64,000 nt of DNA, taken from contig OZ320313.1 of assembly GCA_976226885.1 (NCBI GenBank), positions 112,964,001 to 113,028,000 on the forward strand. The letters run 5' to 3'. The notes beneath the pieces are model-generated. The model did no database searches. It was given only the letters and a program-made list of their open reading frames with translations, and had not been told where the DNA came from. The stretch is from Iphione sp. A-MEVVRFRX5 (lineage: Eukaryota). Numbering within the stretch: the stretch's first letter is position 1; every line of letters begins with the position of its first letter. This document shows positions 63,801 to 64,000 of this stretch, one piece after another. A program made the position numbers and the translations under genes.

Positions 63801-64000
63801 GCACTGCCTGGCCCTGCAGTGACCACTGTCCTTCGTGTCCGACAGCACCTACCTATTCAATGTATACGCTGGCTAGCCGCAAGGCAACCCTTCAAAGAAG
63901 GGGCCCACTAAAAGACCAGCCCGAATGCAGCTTCACACAACGTCCGTGGGAACAGGCGCGCACATTCGTGCCTCTTAGGAACAAGGTGTCATAAATAATC

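Overview
AT-rich, intron-containing DNA from an animal genome. Composition, exon style and abundant TACATGTA octamers suggest a marine invertebrate such as amphioxus; this is an inference. Nothing prokaryotic, viral, rRNA, tRNA or CRISPR-like is supported. The main feature is a large minus-strand gene of the USP53/USP54 (Drosophila echinus) deubiquitinase family. I reconstructed 13 coding exons between 57811 and 22100. All are bounded by GT-AG introns with matching phases and total 6297 nt (2098 aa plus stop). They encode most of the USP domain, a very long Q/P/S-rich region, a USP54-type MIT-like helical segment and a C-terminal SLiM/Cys4 module. The 5' exons, including the catalytic Cys box, were not found and presumably lie beyond base 64000. 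At the left end is the last coding exon (+ strand, 3882-4096) of a GPI-anchored Ly6/three-finger (quiver/sleepless-like) gene. The spacer between the two genes and the introns contain MITE-like elements, minisatellites, microsatellites and candidate RFX/CTCF sites. Most short ORFs in the supplied track are antisense shadows or chance ORFs. I found no wholly new system. The best leads are a frame-setting 35-nt micro-exon that would switch the USP C-terminal module on or off, that module itself, and the roughly 10-fold excess of TACATGTA.
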